From Janthinobacterium lividum (lineage in GTDB: Bacteria > Bacteroidota > Bacteroidia > Cytophagales > Hymenobacteraceae): a DNA stretch of 64,000 nt. Shown piece after piece: positions 19,139 through 30,115 of this stretch (position 1 is the first letter of the stretch; every line of letters starts with the position of its first letter). The notes beneath the pieces are model-generated. The model did no database searches. It was not told the DNA's origin and saw only the letters and a program-made list of their open reading frames with translations. Both the position numbers and the translations under genes were made by a program. Location: positions 546-64,545 of the forward strand of contig JBPBPH010000089.1 in NCBI GenBank assembly GCA_050954355.1. Reading direction: 5' to 3'.

Positions 19139-22081
19139 ATGCGCTTTCTACTCCTTGCCGGCCTAGGTTGGCTTTTGACCTTCAACGCCTTGGCCCAAAG
19201 CACGGTGCGCGGCAAGGTGCTCGACGCCAAAGACCAGTCGCCGCTCATCGGGGCCAACGCGGTGCTCATTCACCTGCCCGACTCGGTGAAGACGGGCACG
19301 GCCGTGGGCGCCGACGGCAGCTTCGAGATAACGGGCGTAGCGCCCGGCCGCTACCTGTTTCGGGCGTCGTTTCTAGGGTACCAGGACCAGCGCCAGCCCC
19401 TGACCGTGCCCGCCGACGGCGCGCCCATCAGCCTGGGTACCGTGGGCATGAACCCCGGCGGCGTGGCCCTAAAAACGGTAGTGGTGACCGGCCAAGCCGT
19501 GCAGCAGACTCAGCACGGCGACACCACCAGCCTCAACGCCAAGGCATTTAAGGTGAACCCCGACGCCACGGCGGGCGACCTGATTGGCAAGATGCCGGGC
19601 ATTCAGGTGGATGCGCAGGGCAAAACCCAGGCCCAGGGCGAGCAGGTGCAGCAGGTGCTGGTCGATGGCAAGCCCTTCTTCGGCACCGACCCCGACGCGG
19701 TGCTCAAAAACCTGCCGGCCGAAGCCATTGATCGAGTCGAAATTTTCGACCAAATGAGCGAGCAGAGCCGCTTCTCGGGCTTCAACGACGGCAACACCCA
19801 GAAAACGCTTAACATCATCACCAAGCCGCAGTTCCGCAACGGGCAGTTTGGGCGGGCGGTGGCCGGCGTGGGCCCCGACGGCGGCGGCACCGGCAGCGGC
19901 AGCCGCTACAAAGCCAGCCTGAACCTCAACGACTTCCACGACAACCGGCGCACCACGGTGCTGGCCCAGAGCAACAATGTGAACGAGCAGAACTTCTCGC
20001 CCGACGACCTCCTGGGGGTCATTGGCAACTCGGGGGGCGGTGGCGGCGGGCGCGGCAATGGCGGCGGGGGCGCCGGCGGGGGCGGCGGGGGCAGCGGCGG
20101 CAATCCGGGCGATTTCCTCACCAGCCAGAACGGGGGCATCAGCACCACCAACGCGGCGGGGCTCAACTACTCCAACGCGTGGAACAACAAGCATACCGAG
20201 CTGACGGGCAGCTACTTCTTCAATCACTCGAATAACACGCTCAACAGCACCACCAACCGGCAGTTCGTCAACGGCACGCTCTACCAGGAAAACGCGACCT
20301 CGGGCAGCACCAACCTCAACCACCGGGCCAACCTGCGCTTCGAGCAGCAGCTTGACTCGGCCACCTCGCTGCTGTTCCGGCCTAGGGTGTCGTGGCAGCA
20401 AAACGATGCCAACAAGGTGCTGGCGGGCGTCACATCCAGCGAGGGCGCGGCGCTGAGCAACATCAACACGCTGTACAACAGCAACAACATGGCCGCCAAC
20501 CCGGCCGGCGACCTACTGCTGCGCCGCCGCCTGGGCAAGCGCGCCGGCCGCACGCTCTCGCTCAGCCTCACCGGCGCCCTCAACGACCGCAATGGCAGCA
20601 GCCTGCTGCGCACCACCAGCACCGGCACCGGCACCAACCTTAACCAGCGCGCCGACCTCAACCAGCACAGCGGCACCCTAGGGGGCAACCTGGCTTATAC
20701 CGAGCCCGTGGGCAAGCACGCCCAGCTGCAAGCCAACTACACGCTCAACTACGCCCCCAACAACTCGGAAAAGTACACCTACGACCTAAGCGGCAACGAC
20801 CAGCAGACGCTGAATGCGGCCCTAAGCAACGTGTTTGACAACTACTACCTCACCCAAGGCGGCGGGCTGAGCTACCGCTACAACACCCGGAAAATCCAGT
20901 TTTCGGTGGGCGCCAGCGGGCAGGTGGCCCAGCTGCGCGGCAACCAGACCTTTCCAGTGGCCGGGCCGGTGCGCTACACCTTCGTAAACGTGCTGCCCCA
21001 GGCCAACCTGATGTACCGCATCGACCGCACCCACAACCTGCGCGTGTTTTACCGCACCAACACCAACGCGCCGAGCATCAACCAGTTGCAGGCCGTGGTA
21101 AACAACTCGAACCCGCTGCAGCTCACCATTGGCAACCCGGCCCTGCGCCAGGAGTACGCCCACAACCTGGTGGCGCGCTACACGGGCTCGAACCCCGAGA
21201 AGAAGGGCAATTTCTTCGCCCTGCTCTCGGGCTCGTTCACCCAAAACCCCATTGCCAACCGCACTTTGCTGGGCCGGCGCGACACCACCGTGACGCCCGA
21301 GGGCACCAACCAGGCCGTACTCCTGCCGGCCGGTGGCCAGCTCACCCAGAGCACCAACCTCTCGAACCAGTATACCCTGCGCACCCTGGGCAGCTACGGG
21401 CAGCCGCTGTTTGGCTCGAAGCTCAACCTCAACGCCAACCTAGGGGCCAGCTACAGCCAAACCCCCGGCCTGGTCAACCTGGGCCTCAACTACGCCCGCA
21501 CGCCGGCCATCACCGGGGGCGTAACGCTGAGCAGCAACATCAGCCAGAACCTGGACTTCACGCTCTCCTCGAACTCCACCCAGAGCTACGTGCATAACAC
21601 GCTCAACAAGCAGCTCAACAGCCAATATTTCAGTCAGTTGACGCGCCTGCGCCTGAGCTGGATAGTGGGGCCGGGCATCTCCATTAAGAGCGACGTGGCC
21701 CACCAGCTCTACCGGGGCTTGAGCAGCGCCTACAACCAAAACTACGCCCTCTGGAACGCCAGCCTCGGCAAGAAAATCTTCAAGCAGCGCGGCGAAATTC
21801 AGATTTACGCCTTCGACTTGCTGAAGCAAAACCGCGCCATTCAGCGCAACGTGAACGTGGCCTACGTGGAAGACGTGCAAACCACGGTGCTGCAGCGCTA
21901 CTTCATGCTCATGTTCACCTACAACATCCGCTCGGCCAACATGACCCTGCCCACCGGCCCCGAGGGCCCCGAGGGCGGCGGGCGGCGCGGGCGCGGCGGC
22001 TTCGACGGCCCGCCCCCCGGCGGGGGGCCGCCGCCCGGCGGGGGGGGCAGCGGGGGCTTTGGTGGCCCGCCCGGCGCCTAG
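19139..22081 (+). CDS. Outer-membrane beta-barrel protein (TonB-receptor-like, N-terminal carboxypeptidase-regulatory-like domain)
   Basis: Signal peptide; KMPGI...VLVDGKPFFG plug; Gly-rich loops; IGNPAL; RYFMLMFTY. Confidence 0.85.
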   Translation: MRFLLLAGLGWLLTFNALAQSTVRGKVLDAKDQSPLIGANAVLIHLPDSVKTGTAVGADGSFEITGVAPGRYLFRASFLGYQDQRQPLTVPADGAPISLGTVGMNPGGVALKTVVVTGQAVQQTQHGDTTSLNAKAFKVNPDATAGDLIGKMPGIQVDAQGKTQAQGEQVQQVLVDGKPFFGTDPDAVLKNLPAEAIDRVEIFDQMSEQSRFSGFNDGNTQKTLNIITKPQFRNGQFGRAVAGVGPDGGGTGSGSRYKASLNLNDFHDNRRTTVLAQSNNVNEQNFSPDDLLGVIGNSGGGGGGRGNGGGGAGGGGGGSGGNPGDFLTSQNGGISTTNAAGLNYSNAWNNKHTELTGSYFFNHSNNTLNSTTNRQFVNGTLYQENATSGSTNLNHRANLRFEQQLDSATSLLFRPRVSWQQNDANKVLAGVTSSEGAALSNINTLYNSNNMAANPAGDLLLRRRLGKRAGRTLSLSLTGALNDRNGSSLLRTTSTGTGTNLNQRADLNQHSGTLGGNLAYTEPVGKHAQLQANYTLNYAPNNSEKYTYDLSGNDQQTLNAALSNVFDNYYLTQGGGLSYRYNTRKIQFSVGASGQVAQLRGNQTFPVAGPVRYTFVNVLPQANLMYRIDRTHNLRVFYRTNTNAPSINQLQAVVNNSNPLQLTIGNPALRQEYAHNLVARYTGSNPEKKGNFFALLSGSFTQNPIANRTLLGRRDTTVTPEGTNQAVLLPAGGQLTQSTNLSNQYTLRTLGSYGQPLFGSKLNLNANLGASYSQTPGLVNLGLNYARTPAITGGVTLSSNISQNLDFTLSSNSTQSYVHNTLNKQLNSQYFSQLTRLRLSWIVGPGISIKSDVAHQLYRGLSSAYNQNYALWNASLGKKIFKQRGEIQIYAFDLLKQNRAIQRNVNVAYVEDVQTTVLQRYFMLMFTYNIRSANMTLPTGPEGPEGGGRRGRGGFDGPPPGGGPPPGGGGSGGFGGPPGA

Positions 22082-22178
22082 GGCCAGCGGCGGGTAAAAG
22101 GCCTCAGGCGCGGGTTAGCGGCGTTGCTACCTATCTTGCTGTCCCCATTTTTACCAACGACCTGCCTTTCCCTAGTCT

Positions 22179-23534
22179 ATGAAGCACCTGCTCTCGGTTT
22201 TGCTGCTGGGGCTGGCCACCCGCCCCGCCTGGGCAGCCGCGCCGCCCACCGTGCCCGCCGCCCTCGACGCCCTGGGCCTGCACCTGACCCTCGACGAGGA
22301 TGCCCGCCAGCTGGTGCAAGCCAAGGTCAACAGCCTGTGCCGCCATCAGCCCTCGCTGGATGAGCGCGTGGCGCGCGCCGAGTCGGCCTTCCCGGTTATC
22401 GACCAGGTGCTGGCGCAGGAAGGCCTGCCGGGCGATTTTCGCTACCTGGTGCTGCAAGAGAGCGCCCTGATAGGCGACGCCGAAAGCACCCACGGCGCGG
22501 TGGGCTACTGGCAGCTCAAGCGCAAAACGGCCCTAGGGCTGGGCCTAACGGTAAACGACCAAGTAGATGAGCGCCGCCACCTGGCGGCCAGCACCCGCGC
22601 CGCTGCCCGCTACCTCACCCGCAACAACGCCGCCCTGCATAACTGGGCCGACGCCCTGCTGAGCTACAACCTAGGGCCCAGCGGCGCGCAGGCCTATATC
22701 GACCCCGCCGATGTAGGCGCCGACGAGATGAATTTTACGGCCCGCACCAACCCCTACCTGCTCGACTTCGTGGCCCAGAAGTTGGTGTTTGAGCCGGCCA
22801 CGGCGGCGGGCACGGTACCCTTCACGCCCTGGCGCGAGGTGCCCGCCACCCCCGGCCAAACCCTGGCCCAGCAAGCCGCTGCCCTCGGGGCCGACCCGGC
22901 CAGCGTAGCTCAGCTAAACACGTGGCTGCTAGCCAGCACCGTGCCCGACGATGGCCACGCCTATACCCTGCTGGTACCCCTAGGGGCTGGGCTAGTGGCT
23001 AGCGCTACCCCCGCTCCGGCCCCCACCGAGCTGCCAGCTGAGGTGCCCGGCCCGCCCGTGCGCGAGCTGCTCGCCAGCCACCCCGTGGCCACTGCCGCGC
23101 CCGTAGTGGCGCCCGCCGTGCCCGCGCCGCGCCCGGTGGTAATAGCGCCGCGCCCGGCGCCTGTGCCAGTTCCGGCGCGCGCTGCCGTGCCCATAGCGGT
23201 AGTTGCAGCCAGCCCCGCGCTCTACCTCGTGGCGCCGCACGAAACGCTGTATAGCGTGGCTCGCCGCCAGGGTGTGCGCCCCGCCGCCCTAGCCGCCTGG
23301 AATAACCTGCCCACCACCGCGGGCCTGCAAGCTGGGCAGTTGCTGCGCCTGAGCCCGCCCCTGCCTACCGCGCCGCCCGCGTCCGCCGCCGGCCGCCACC
23401 TAGTAGCCACTGGCGACACCTTTTACAACATTGCGCGCCGCTACCGCTGCACCGTGGCCGACCTGCTGGCCCATAACGACCGCCCCGCTCCCGCCCTGCG
23501 CGTGGGCGAAACCATCCGGGTGCCCATGTATTAG
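22179..23534 (+). CDS. Lytic transglycosylase (SLT) with LysM repeats, MltD-like
   Basis: QES, GAVGYWQ and SYNLG motifs; two C-terminal LysM repeats (ETLYSVARR, DTFYNIARR). Confidence 0.88.
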   Translation: MKHLLSVLLLGLATRPAWAAAPPTVPAALDALGLHLTLDEDARQLVQAKVNSLCRHQPSLDERVARAESAFPVIDQVLAQEGLPGDFRYLVLQESALIGDAESTHGAVGYWQLKRKTALGLGLTVNDQVDERRHLAASTRAAARYLTRNNAALHNWADALLSYNLGPSGAQAYIDPADVGADEMNFTARTNPYLLDFVAQKLVFEPATAAGTVPFTPWREVPATPGQTLAQQAAALGADPASVAQLNTWLLASTVPDDGHAYTLLVPLGAGLVASATPAPAPTELPAEVPGPPVRELLASHPVATAAPVVAPAVPAPRPVVIAPRPAPVPVPARAAVPIAVVAASPALYLVAPHETLYSVARRQGVRPAALAAWNNLPTTAGLQAGQLLRLSPPLPTAPPASAAGRHLVATGDTFYNIARRYRCTVADLLAHNDRPAPALRVGETIRVPMY

Positions 23535-23538
23535 CACG

Positions 23539-23616
23539 GTAGCTTTCCCCTAAAAAAGAGGAGCCGCACCGCGTGACTTTACGCAGTGCGGCCCCTCTTT
23601 TTTAGGGGAAAGCTAC
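23539..23616. terminator. Long bidirectional terminator hairpin
   Basis: GTAGCTTTCCCCTAAAAAAGAGG...CCTCTTTTTTAGGGGAAAGCTAC between convergent genes. Confidence 0.85.
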
Positions 23617-23621
23617 TAGGG

Positions 23622-25103
23622 CTACAGCTGGTTGAGCGCCACGGCTTTATAGGCGGCGGCGCGGCCCACGGCGGCGCGCAGGTCGTCTTGCAGGGGGCGG
23701 CTGCTTAGGTCGCGCGGGTGCAAGTCGAGCAAGGTGCCATCTTCGGCAATGAGCACGGCGCTGGGCAGGCGGCCGAGGTTGTAGGACTGCCGCACGGCCC
23801 GCTGCTGGGCCAGCGGCACGTAGGCCTGCACCCCCCCCAGGCCGGGCGTGGCCCCCGCCACCGATTGCTGCCAGTAGGTGGGGGCATCGTCGAGGGCCGC
23901 CATCACCACCACAATGGGCTGGCCGGCCAGGCTGCCCACCAGCTCTTTGGCGAAGGGCAGCAGGCGCTGCCCGGCCGGAAAGCGGCTGTCCCAGAACGTG
24001 ATATACACCAGCTTACCCTTAAAATCGGTTAGCGTGAGCTTGCGGCCATCAACCGCACGCAACGTAAGCGGCGGGGCGGGGCTGCCGATGGCCAGCGACT
24101 GGTGGTCGGCAAAATCGGTGCGCAACATGGCTACCCAACTCGCGGGCACCTGGGCCGAGGTGGCGTAGGTTTCGAGCAGGGCCTGGGCGTGGGCTACGTG
24201 GCCCTGCTCAATGGTTTCGCGTACCACCCGGCCCAGCACCACGGGGCGCATGGAGCCGGTGGGCAGCAGCTTGTCGGCCAAGCGGTAGCAGGTTAAGAAA
24301 TAGTCGGGGTCGGTAGGGCGGTGGCCGGTAGTACGCGCCTGGTAGTGCACGTAGTCAAGCAAAAAATCCTGGTAGTGCGGGCTGGGAGCGGCGGCGGGCT
24401 GGCCTGGCACTAGATTAGCGTCCTGCAAAAAATCGTAGTAGCCGTCGGGCAGGTCGGGGCGCATCTGGCCATCCACGGTTTGCTCGCGCAGGTCGGCGTA
24501 GGTCAGGCGGTCGTCGGCGTAGGTATAGGCGATGTCAGCGGCAGCAAAGCTTTCGAAAGCCGATGTAAAGTGACCGTGGCGGCTGGCCTGCTTCAGCAGC
24601 GTTTCCTCATGCTGGCGCCGGTAGTCCAGAAACGCCAGAAAGCCAGCAGGCAGCAGCTTAATGTTTTCGGGCAGCACTTGGTACGCCTCGTTGTTGGTGA
24701 AGCGGCGCCCCTGCTCGGCCAGGTAGTTGTTGGCGGCGGCGGCCGGCTGCGAGGCGCCGCTGGCCGCCGCAAACTTGGCCGTGCTGCTTAGCTCAATGGC
24801 ATCGCCGCGCAGCTCTAGGGCATCGCCGGGCCCCAAGAATACCGACATTTCCTCGTCGCCAAACGTGAGCTGGGCCAGCGTGGGCTGCTGCACCGGAATG
24901 TGCAGGCGAAAATTACCGTCCATGTCGGGGTGCACCGTGCGCTGCTGCTGGTGGGTGGCCAGCGGCTGGGCCCGCCAGCTTACCACGAGCGGGTCGCCCA
25001 GCGCATTAGCGAGGCGCCCACTCAGCTCGGCGCCGGTCATGGATTGCGCGGTGGCGGTGTGGGCTAACAGCATGGCGGCCAGGCCCAGCATCGGGTATCT
25101 CAT
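23622..25103 (-). CDS. Secreted TlpA/thioredoxin-like domain protein (CxxC absent)
   Basis: GSPAPPL...LTDFKGKLVYITFW; LPSAVLIAEDG. Confidence 0.75.
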   Translation of the reverse strand: MRYPMLGLAAMLLAHTATAQSMTGAELSGRLANALGDPLVVSWRAQPLATHQQQRTVHPDMDGNFRLHIPVQQPTLAQLTFGDEEMSVFLGPGDALELRGDAIELSSTAKFAAASGASQPAAAANNYLAEQGRRFTNNEAYQVLPENIKLLPAGFLAFLDYRRQHEETLLKQASRHGHFTSAFESFAAADIAYTYADDRLTYADLREQTVDGQMRPDLPDGYYDFLQDANLVPGQPAAAPSPHYQDFLLDYVHYQARTTGHRPTDPDYFLTCYRLADKLLPTGSMRPVVLGRVVRETIEQGHVAHAQALLETYATSAQVPASWVAMLRTDFADHQSLAIGSPAPPLTLRAVDGRKLTLTDFKGKLVYITFWDSRFPAGQRLLPFAKELVGSLAGQPIVVVMAALDDAPTYWQQSVAGATPGLGGVQAYVPLAQQRAVRQSYNLGRLPSAVLIAEDGTLLDLHPRDLSSRPLQDDLRAAVGRAAAYKAVALNQL

Positions 25104-25248
25104 GCCTGTATAAGTTAGGTAGAGTGTAAACTACGGCCGAGCTTAGCAGCGGCGGCAGTCTTAGCAACGCCTAAGGTACACCCTAGGTTTCCCAAATTGT
25201 GCTCAGCTTTGCAGTTGCAACCCGGCGTAAGTGCCATTTTTTCTTTCC

Positions 25249-26064
25249 ATGTCGCAACATAAAGAAGTGAAGCTCGTCACCACCCACCAGATGCTGGCCA
25301 TGAAACAGCGCGGCGAAAAAATTGCCATGCTCACGGCCTACGACTATTCTATGGCCCAGATTCTGGACGGCGCCGGCATCGACGTGCTGCTCGTGGGCGA
25401 CTCGGCTTCCAACGTCATGGCCGGCCACGAAACCACCCTGCCCATCACCCTCGACCAGATGATTTACCACGCCCAGAGCGTGGTGCGGGCCGTGCGGCGC
25501 GCCTTTGTGGTGGTCGATATGCCCTTCGGCTCGTACCAGGGCAACTCGTCGGTGGCGCTGCAATCGGCCATCCGCATCATGAAGGAAAGCGGCGGCCACG
25601 GCGTGAAGCTGGAGGGCGGCGCCGAAATCAAGGACAGCATTTCGCGCATCCTCACGGCCGGCATTCCGGTGATGGGCCACCTCGGCCTCACGCCCCAAAG
25701 TATTTATAAGTTTGGCACTTACAACGTGCGGGCCAAGGAAGAAACCGAGGCCAACAAGCTCATCGAAGATGCCCATTTGCTGCAAGAGTTGGGTTGCTTT
25801 GGGCTGGTGCTCGAAAAAATACCCGCCACCCTGGCCAAGCGCGTGGCCCAGGAGCTCACGATTCCCGTTATCGGCATCGGCGCCGGCCCCGACGTGGACG
25901 GCCAGGTGCTGGTGGTGCACGACGTGCTGGGCATCACCAAGGAGTTTCAGCCCCGCTTCCTGCGCCGCTACGCCGAGCTGCACGACGTGATGACCCAGGC
26001 CATTCAGCACTACGTGGCCGACGTAAAAAGCCGCGAGTTCCCGAGCAAGGACGAGGCGTACTAG
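25249..26064 (+). CDS. panB: 3-methyl-2-oxobutanoate hydroxymethyltransferase
   Basis: [33 protein letters not shown] and IGIGAG motifs. Confidence 0.97.
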   Translation: MSQHKEVKLVTTHQMLAMKQRGEKIAMLTAYDYSMAQILDGAGIDVLLVGDSASNVMAGHETTLPITLDQMIYHAQSVVRAVRRAFVVVDMPFGSYQGNSSVALQSAIRIMKESGGHGVKLEGGAEIKDSISRILTAGIPVMGHLGLTPQSIYKFGTYNVRAKEETEANKLIEDAHLLQELGCFGLVLEKIPATLAKRVAQELTIPVIGIGAGPDVDGQVLVVHDVLGITKEFQPRFLRRYAELHDVMTQAIQHYVADVKSREFPSKDEAY

Positions 26065-26114
26065 GGATAGGTGGCTGTCAATATTGGCAACTTTCTCGCA
26101 CCACTTTTCATCGT

Positions 26115-26378
26115 ATGCGTCGCATTAATTCTTTACTTGCCGCTGCGGCCCTCACGCTGCTGCTACTAGTATCGGGTATAGCCCGGCAATCCTGGTCGTT
26201 GGCGCTGTTAGGTTTTCAATTGCCAGCATTGTGGACATTGCTAGCATTAGTGGGTATTTTCCGGGCAAGCCGCCAAAATCAAACAGTGCTAGTAAGGCTG
26301 TACGTAGTGCTAGGCTGTGCGCTGGCCTGCTTCGCCTATCTTTTGCTATTTGAATTTTCGCTGGTTAAAAGGTACTGA
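26115..26378 (+). CDS. Small hydrophobic membrane protein (87 aa)
   Basis: MRRINSLLAAA... with three hydrophobic segments; lower GC than its neighbours. Confidence 0.5.
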   Translation: MRRINSLLAAAALTLLLLVSGIARQSWSLALLGFQLPALWTLLALVGIFRASRQNQTVLVRLYVVLGCALACFAYLLLFEFSLVKRY

Positions 26379-26444
26379 TTAGCGCAATTCATGCACAGCA
26401 TTTTTCGGTTTTCTCGACGGTGCGGGCGGGGCACCAATCAGCTC

Positions 26445-26557
26445 TAAAAGCACGTCATGCTGAGCGCAGCCGAAGCATCTCCCCCATGCCCCTAGGGTAT
26501 CCGATCGGTCGAGATGCTTCGACAAGCGGACGGTAGATGAGCATGACGTGCTTTTTA
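26445..26557. repeat. REP-like inverted repeat with a chimeric right arm
   Basis: AAAAGCACGTCATGCTGAGCGCAGCCGAAGCATCTC...GAGATGCTTCGACAAGCGGACGGTAGATGAGCATGACGTGCTTTT. Confidence 0.8.
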
Positions 26558-26762
26558 CGACTGTATACACTTCCTAGTAGCCTAGCCGTAACGCAGGCTC
26601 CCTAGGGGCTCCCAGGCCGGTAAGAGCGGGGCGGACGGCGCGCACCCAGTTGGGTGGCCAGAGTGAACGCGCGGCGTAGTAAAGATTTTAACGGTCGCAA
26701 CTTGAGTAATACTGATTTTCGTTATACATTTACTTTGCATCGCAAAGTTCTTCGCAAGTTCC

Positions 26763-28226
26763 ATGCAACCCACTTCCGCTCTCCCCGCCCGCGCCGGCCA
26801 CTGGGTGCGCAGTTCCGTGACCCTGAAGCTGCTGCTTATCGGCGTGCTGCTGCTACTGCTGCTCATTCCGAGCACTATGGTGGAAGGGCTGATTACGGAG
26901 CGCGCCGCCAGCCGCGACGAAGCCACCGAGGCCATTGGGGCGCAGTGAGGCGGGCCGCAGCTGCTGCTGGGGCCGGTGCTGGTGCTACCCTACACCGCCA
27001 CGCAGGTAGAGCAGGGCCAAACGACCATCGTAACGCGCTACCTCTGCCTGCTGCCCGACACGCTCAGCAGCCGCGGCACGCTCGCGCCCGAGCGCCGCCA
27101 CCGGGGCATCTACGAGGCGGTGGTATACCGGGCCCGCCTGCACGTGCAGGGCGCCTTCCAGGCGCCGCCGCTCGCCGACCTGGGCGTGAGCTCGGCGGCC
27201 GTGCGCTGGCCCGAGGCGTTCGTGGCCCTGGGCATCTCCGACCTCAAGGGCATTCGCAACAGCCTAAATTTGCGCTGGGATGGGCAGGCGCGGGCGTTCG
27301 AGCCGGGGCTGCCCGCCAGCAAGGTGCTGTCCGCCGGCGCGGCCCCCACGGCCAGCACCCAGGTAACCGGCGTGGGGCAGGAGCACACTAGCTACTCGCG
27401 CAGCCACCTCGGCGGCGACGACCCTAGCCCCGGCGCCACCGCCAACGGCCTCAACGCCCTGGTGCCCCTGCCCGACGCGGCCGCCCTCACCCGCCGCCAC
27501 ACCTTTGCCTTCGACCTGGACCTGAACGGCAGCAACGGACTGCTGCTGGCGCCCCTGGGCCGCCAAACCACCCTGTACCTAAGCGCGCCCTGGGCCGACC
27601 CCAGCTTCATCGGGGCCTTTTTGCCGGTGCGGCGCACGCTGGGCCAGGGGCAGTTCGCGGCCGATTGGCGGGTGTTTCACCTCAACCGCAACTACCCGCA
27701 GCACTGGCGCACCGAGGACGACCGCCCCAACGTAGACGCCTCCACGTTTGGCGTGCGCCTGCTGGTGCCGGTGAATGAGTACCAGAAAACCATGCGCGCT
27801 GCCAAGTATGCGCTGCTGCCGCTGGCGCTCACGTTCCTGGTTTTTTTCTTCGTCGAACTCCTCCACCGGCGACGCATTCACCCCTTCCAGTATTTGCTGG
27901 TGGGGCTGGCGCTCGTCATTTTCTACGTGCTGCTGCTGGCCCTAGCCGAGCAAATGCCCTTCGATGCCGCCTACGCCGCGGCCACGCTCACCATTGTGGG
28001 ATTGGTGGCGGCCTACGCGGCGGCCAGCTTCCGGCAGCGGCGGCCGGCGCTGGCCACGGCCGGGGTGCTGGGGCTGGTGTACGGCTTCGTGTTTGTGGTG
28101 CTGCAACTGCAGGATTATGCCCTGCTGGTGGGCACCCTGGGCCTGGTGGTGCTGGCCGCCGTCATGTTCCTCTCGCGCAACATCGACTGGTACGGCCCGG
28201 CCGAGCCCGAGCCGAGCGGGGCGTAG
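26763..28226 (+). pseudogene. creD: Inner-membrane CreD-family protein interrupted by an in-frame TGA (26946-26948)
   Basis: LLIP...LITER...EAIGAQ*GGPQLLLGPVLVLPY; RGIYEAVVY; IHPFQYLLVGLAL. Both halves are in the same frame. Confidence 0.85.
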
Positions 28227-28385
28227 TGCGGCCGGGCGGTGTATATTTGCCCGCACGGAATACCGGGCGCGGGTGGCTTTGGCCGCCGCGCACGGCTGGC
28301 TGGCGGGCGCTCAGCAGGCCGGGCCCGGGTTCCGCCTTTCTCATTTCTGGTAGTAGCCTGGCCCTAGGGCCCCTTGCCCCCGCGC

Positions 28386-29099
28386 GTGAACCGTCCTAAC
28401 CTGTGGTCGGAACAAGAGGAAATCTTGTTCGAGGATAACCATTTGCTCGTCATCAATAAGCCCGCCGGCATTTTGGTGCAGGGCGACGAAACCGGCGACG
28501 AGCCGCTGTCGAAAAAAGCTGAGGAGTACCTCAAATTCAAATATAAGAAGCCCGGCGCGGCCTTCGTAGGCGTGTGCCACCGCATCGACCGGCCGGTGTC
28601 GGGCATCGTTATCCTGGCCAAAACCAGCAAGGCGCTCAGCCGGCTCAACGAGCTGTTTCGGGACAACCTAGTGCAGAAAACCTACTGGGCGCTCACCGGC
28701 AAGCCGCCCCAGGCCGAGAGCGGCACGCTGGTGCACTGGCTGGTGAAGGACCCCATCCGCAACGTGACCAAGGCCTACCCCGAGCGCCACACCCAGGGCC
28801 AGCGCTCGGAGCTGAGCTACCGGGTGCTGGGCCCCGCCGCCAACCGCCAACTGCTGCAAGTAAACCCCATCACGGGCCGCCCGCACCAGATTCGGGTGCA
28901 GCTGGCTACCGGCCTGGGCACCCCCATCGTGGGCGATGTGAAGTACGGCTTTCTCAACCCGCTGCCCGACGTGAGCATTGCCTTGCACGCGCGGCAGCTC
29001 GAAATTCAGCACCCCGTTACCAAAGAGCAACTCACGTTGGTGGCGCCCCTGCCCGCCGCCCCGCACTGGGATGCGGCGCGGGCCTACGTTCAGCAGTAG
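28386..29099 (+). CDS. RluA-family pseudouridine synthase
   Basis: NKPAG, HRIDRPVSG, TGRPHQIRVQL, PIVGDVKYG and LHA motifs. Confidence 0.93.
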   Translation: MNRPNLWSEQEEILFEDNHLLVINKPAGILVQGDETGDEPLSKKAEEYLKFKYKKPGAAFVGVCHRIDRPVSGIVILAKTSKALSRLNELFRDNLVQKTYWALTGKPPQAESGTLVHWLVKDPIRNVTKAYPERHTQGQRSELSYRVLGPAANRQLLQVNPITGRPHQIRVQLATGLGTPIVGDVKYGFLNPLPDVSIALHARQLEIQHPVTKEQLTLVAPLPAAPHWDAARAYVQQ

Positions 29100-29253
29100 T
29101 GCCGCCAAGGACCTAGAGTGTAACATTATGGCATTGTGCAGCCCTAGGGCCGCTTTGGCTAAACAGGGGCCGTAAATTTGCCTTATGGTGAACCAAGCCC
29201 CGAAGGATTTCCTTAGTGCGGGCAACGTTCTGCTCACGTCCCAAATTCATCGA

Positions 29254-30030
29254 ATGGCCATCCTGGTTTTTTTCGTCGCCCACTACTATTTATCGCTGTT
29301 TACGCAGACGTTTTACCTGCACCGCTACGCGGCGCACAAGATGTTTACGATGAACAAGTTTTGGGAGAAATTCTTCTTCCTGTTCACCTACATCTGCCAG
29401 GGTAGCAGCTTTTTATCGCCGCGCGCCTACGCCCTGCTGCACCGCATGCACCACGCCTACTCCGATACGGAGCTAGACCCGCACTCGCCGCTGTTTTCCA
29501 ACAACGCCTTCGACATGATGTGGAAGACGAAGAACATCTACAACGACGTGCTCAACCACAACTACGAGCTGGCCGAGCGCTTCGAGGGCGACTACCCGGT
29601 GTGGCAGGCCGTAGAAAACTTCGGCGATAAGTGGTACTCACGCCTGGGCTGGGGCACGCTCTACGTGCTGTTCTACATCCAGTTTGCCACCGCTTGGTGG
29701 ATGTTTTTGCTACTGCCCATCCACTTCTTAATGGGCCCCATCCACGGCGCCATCGTCAACTGGGGCGGCCACAAGTATGGCTACCAGAACTTCGACAATA
29801 AGGACCACAGCAAGAACACGCTGGCCATGGACTTTTTGGCCTTCGGCGAGCTATTCCAAAACAACCACCACAAGCTGCCCATGCGCGTCAACTTCGGCGT
29901 GAAGTGGTGGGAGTTTGACCCCACCTACGTCGCCATCTGGACGCTCGACAAAGCGCGCATCATCAAGATTAAGCGCAAGAACGTGCAGCCCAAGCAGCGC
30001 GTGAAAAAAGACCTGCGGCAGGCCGCCTAG
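29254..30030 (+). CDS. Acyl-CoA/acyl-lipid fatty acid desaturase
   Basis: His boxes HRYAAH, HRMHH and QNNHH. Confidence 0.92.
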   Translation: MAILVFFVAHYYLSLFTQTFYLHRYAAHKMFTMNKFWEKFFFLFTYICQGSSFLSPRAYALLHRMHHAYSDTELDPHSPLFSNNAFDMMWKTKNIYNDVLNHNYELAERFEGDYPVWQAVENFGDKWYSRLGWGTLYVLFYIQFATAWWMFLLLPIHFLMGPIHGAIVNWGGHKYGYQNFDNKDHSKNTLAMDFLAFGELFQNNHHKLPMRVNFGVKWWEFDPTYVAIWTLDKARIIKIKRKNVQPKQRVKKDLRQAA

Positions 30031-30045
30031 GCCCCCTGGCCATGC

Positions 30046-30081
30046 AAAAGCCCCGCTACCGTGCAGGTAGCGGGGCTTTTT
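30046..30081. terminator. Bidirectional terminator
   Basis: AAAAGCCCCGCTACC-loop-GGTAGCGGGGCTTTT between convergent genes. Confidence 0.85.
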
Positions 30082-30115
30082 GTTGTGCAGGCCGCCAACG
30101 AAAAAGCTCCTAGAG

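Noticed and set aside
20030-20100. G-rich tracts in the beta-barrel gene (also 21960-22075) as G-quadruplex or phase-variation elements
   Set aside because: They are explained by poly-Gly/Pro loops common in this protein family, and the frame is intact.
26946-26948. TGA recoded as Trp or Sec
   Set aside because: TGA terminates other genes here, other Trp codons are TGG, and the position is not a Cys site.
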